Shown here in pieces: positions 62,063-64,000 of a stretch of 64,000 bases of DNA (positions are counted from its first letter, which is position 1; every line of letters starts with the position of its first letter). Where the stretch lies: assembly GCF_009914755.1 (NCBI RefSeq), contig NC_060938.1, one strand, 5' to 3'. The position numbers and the translations under genes were made by a program. This DNA comes from the human T2T-CHM13v2.0 reference genome, Homo sapiens. Under the pieces are notes generated by a model. The model was not told where the DNA came from, made no database searches, and was given only the letters and a program-made list of their open reading frames with translations.

Positions 62063-63304
62063 GGCCGACTGTGGGCCGGGAGCGTCCCTGCGGCGACGGC
62101 GCGCGCCCGCACTCTGACCGCGGCCTGACCCCCGGCTGCCGGCGCGCCGTGGGGCTGCGGCCCAGAGGCCAGTGGGAGGGGCGCGGGGGGCCCCCGGAGC
62201 GAGCATGTGACCCGAGGCCGCGCGCTCGGAACCAGCCCCGGCCCGACGCCCTTGGCTGGCACCTGCTTCTCCCCCACCGGCGTCTTCCGCGGCTCTCGGG
62301 GCCGCGCCCCCCGCACCAGCTCCCGAGCCTTGGCCTTCGCCCGAGCGATCTCCCGCCTAGAACCCCGCGCCCACCTGTGCCACCTGTGCCCACCTGCGCC
62401 AGCATCCCTCGAGGTCCAGCTCCAGCGTCCCCGGGGAGGGTCCGGTCCTCGTCTCCAGGGCCTGGGTCTCTCCCTGCAGTCCCGTCTCCAGAGGCGCCGC
62501 CCCCTCGGGCCTGAGCGCCGGAGTGACAGAGCCCTGGGCAGGGCCCTGAGCAGACCCTCAGTAAAGGCTGCCAGGGGGGTAGGCACCCGCTCGGGGCCCC
62601 CCACATGGTGCCATTCGCCCGGACCGCGGCGGAGAGCAGACAGGGGGACTGAGGTGCTCCCCGCGGCAGCACCGAACTCCCACGGGCATCAGAAGGCAAG
62701 GTCTGCGGATGGCCCCAGACACAGAAGGCGTAAGCCGCCCTGGGAAGCGCCGGCCCAGTGGAGAAGGCCGCCGCGAGGTCAGGGTCAGTCTGGAGCCTGT
62801 CTGGTTCTCGGAGAGGCTTCTGGCTGCTGCAGAGTGGGGGCAGAGCAAGGGAGGAGGCCAGGGAGCTCCCACCAGCCCATTCCTGGGGAGCCACCCCTGT
62901 CCCTCAGAGGCCACGGGGGCTCGTGTTTGCGAGTGTGGACTTTCCAGTTAGACAGACTTGGTTCAGCACCGCCTCCGCCACACCCTCGCCTGGGATCCTA
63001 AACAAGCCGCATCTTCTCTGCATCGTAGTGTGCTTGTCTCTGTGATGGGAGAGTGTAGGGATAATAGTGCCTGCCTCGTGTCAAGAGGCTTTTTCGGATG
63101 CGAGGGATGGAAAGCGCCCAGCACAATTTGTGGCACGTGGTAGCTGTTCCATAAATAGCATTCTGTAGTTGGGCCGTGATTAGCAAGGAGGCTTAGTGTA
63201 CAGACGTCCCTGGGATTTTTAAACCTATCCACACCTGGGCATGAATGGCTAATGACACCCCTCTTCTGGGAGCAGGGTTTGGAGAGAAGAGGAGGCTCTA
63301 GATA

Positions 63305-63435
63305 ATGAGTGATCCTAGGCTGAAAGTCAGAGACATACTTAAGTTCTAATTCTAGCTGCTCTGCTTCTGACCTCCTGTGGGGCCTTAGGCAACTTGCACT
63401 CCTTCTCTGGGCCTTGGTTTCCCCAGCTTTGACAG
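63305..63435 (+). mobile_element. MIR
   Basis: agtcagagac...ttctaattctagct...ccttaggcaacttgc...tctctgggccttggtttcccc. Confidence 0.65.
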
Positions 63436-63967
63436 CTGATGTCCCTGAGTCACGAAGGGGTACTTCTGGCCCACGAAGCCTGACAAAGGACAGGTTTTGC
63501 CAAGGCTCTTCAGAGAGGTGCCCCCCGGGGTAAGGTGATCCAAATGAGCCTGCTCTTCCAGGAAGGGAAGCATTGGCACAAGGGCTCCCCTCTTGCCTGC
63601 AGGACCTGTGGGCACAGACAGTGGCAGCTACCGTGCCTCACACCAAAGCATCCTATATCCTCCAGGTAAGGGTCCATTTGAGGCAGGCTGGTCAGCTCCC
63701 CCTCAAGTCCTTCCCGCTGGTCCCCATCCTCCTCTCCACCCAGCCTGCCACCTCCAGGCATCGGCCCATCACCTCCCACCTGGACCAAGCTCATTCATTA
63801 TAAGCCCACTGCTCTAGCCTCCACGCCCCCACCATTCCCAACACGCCCCTGCCCTCCATCTTCCTGGAGCACACACGGCCCAACCCTGTAAAGCCCTTCT
63901 GTGTCTCTCCATTACACAGACCAAAGTTCACGAGCAGCCCATCAGGAATCGCCGTGAATGTTGTTAA

Positions 63968-64000
63968 TGTGCAGTGGCTCACGCCTGTAATTCTACCACT
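63968..64000 (+). mobile_element. Alu 5' end, cut by the window edge
   Basis: gcagtggctcacgcctgtaattcta. Confidence 0.8.

Larger units (their letters stand above)
60950..62990. promoter_or_regulatory. CpG island spanning the PPP1R13B promoter and exon 1
   Basis: About 2 kb of very high GC content and dense CpG, contrasting with CpG-depleted flanks. Confidence 0.95.
61850..64000 (+). ncRNA. Probable divergent lncRNA from the shared CpG island (recalled as PPP1R13B-DT/LINC00637); exon limits not established
   Basis: The island extends more than 1 kb upstream of exon 1. Plus-strand splice signals: donors at 63530 and 63666, acceptors at 63602 and 63919. Identity from recall only. Confidence 0.45.

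Noticed and set aside
62020-62100. tRNA gene suggested by the GGTTCGAGTCC hairpin
   Set aside because: No A-box, D-arm, anticodon arm or acceptor stem. Better explained as a MIR head.
61677-62894. 405-aa minus-strand ORF and other long CpG-island ORFs (264, 207, 192 aa)
   Set aside because: Arg/Gly/Pro/Ala-rich with no recognisable domain. They overlap in several frames on both strands, as expected from stop-codon scarcity in GC-rich DNA.

Overview
Primate (human-like) genomic DNA, about 40% Alu (roughly 100 Alu copies or fragments by eye). It holds the 5' end of PPP1R13B (ASPP1) on the minus strand. A CpG-island promoter and exon 1 (coding ATG ATG CCG, 61429-61421) are followed by a 49,788-bp intron 1 and the 148-bp exon 2 (11632-11485, [12 protein letters not shown]...VWRGN); intron 2 runs off the left edge. 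The promoter looks bidirectional, with candidate plus-strand exons of a divergent lncRNA. Nearly all ORFs in the supplied track are Alu, L1, Tigger or GC-rich artefacts. I found no convincing new biological system. Best second-look items: a TSD-flanked degenerate SNORD51-like retrocopy 24 nt behind the exon 2 donor; a GC-converted MIR relic with an intact Pol III B-box inside the CpG island; a start-codon and splice-site arrangement (exon 2 begins with ATG, tandem +4 donor, candidate alternative or poison exons); and a nested AT-rich palindrome. Gene, snoRNA and repeat identities are recognised from memory, not from a database search, and repeat boundaries are approximate.
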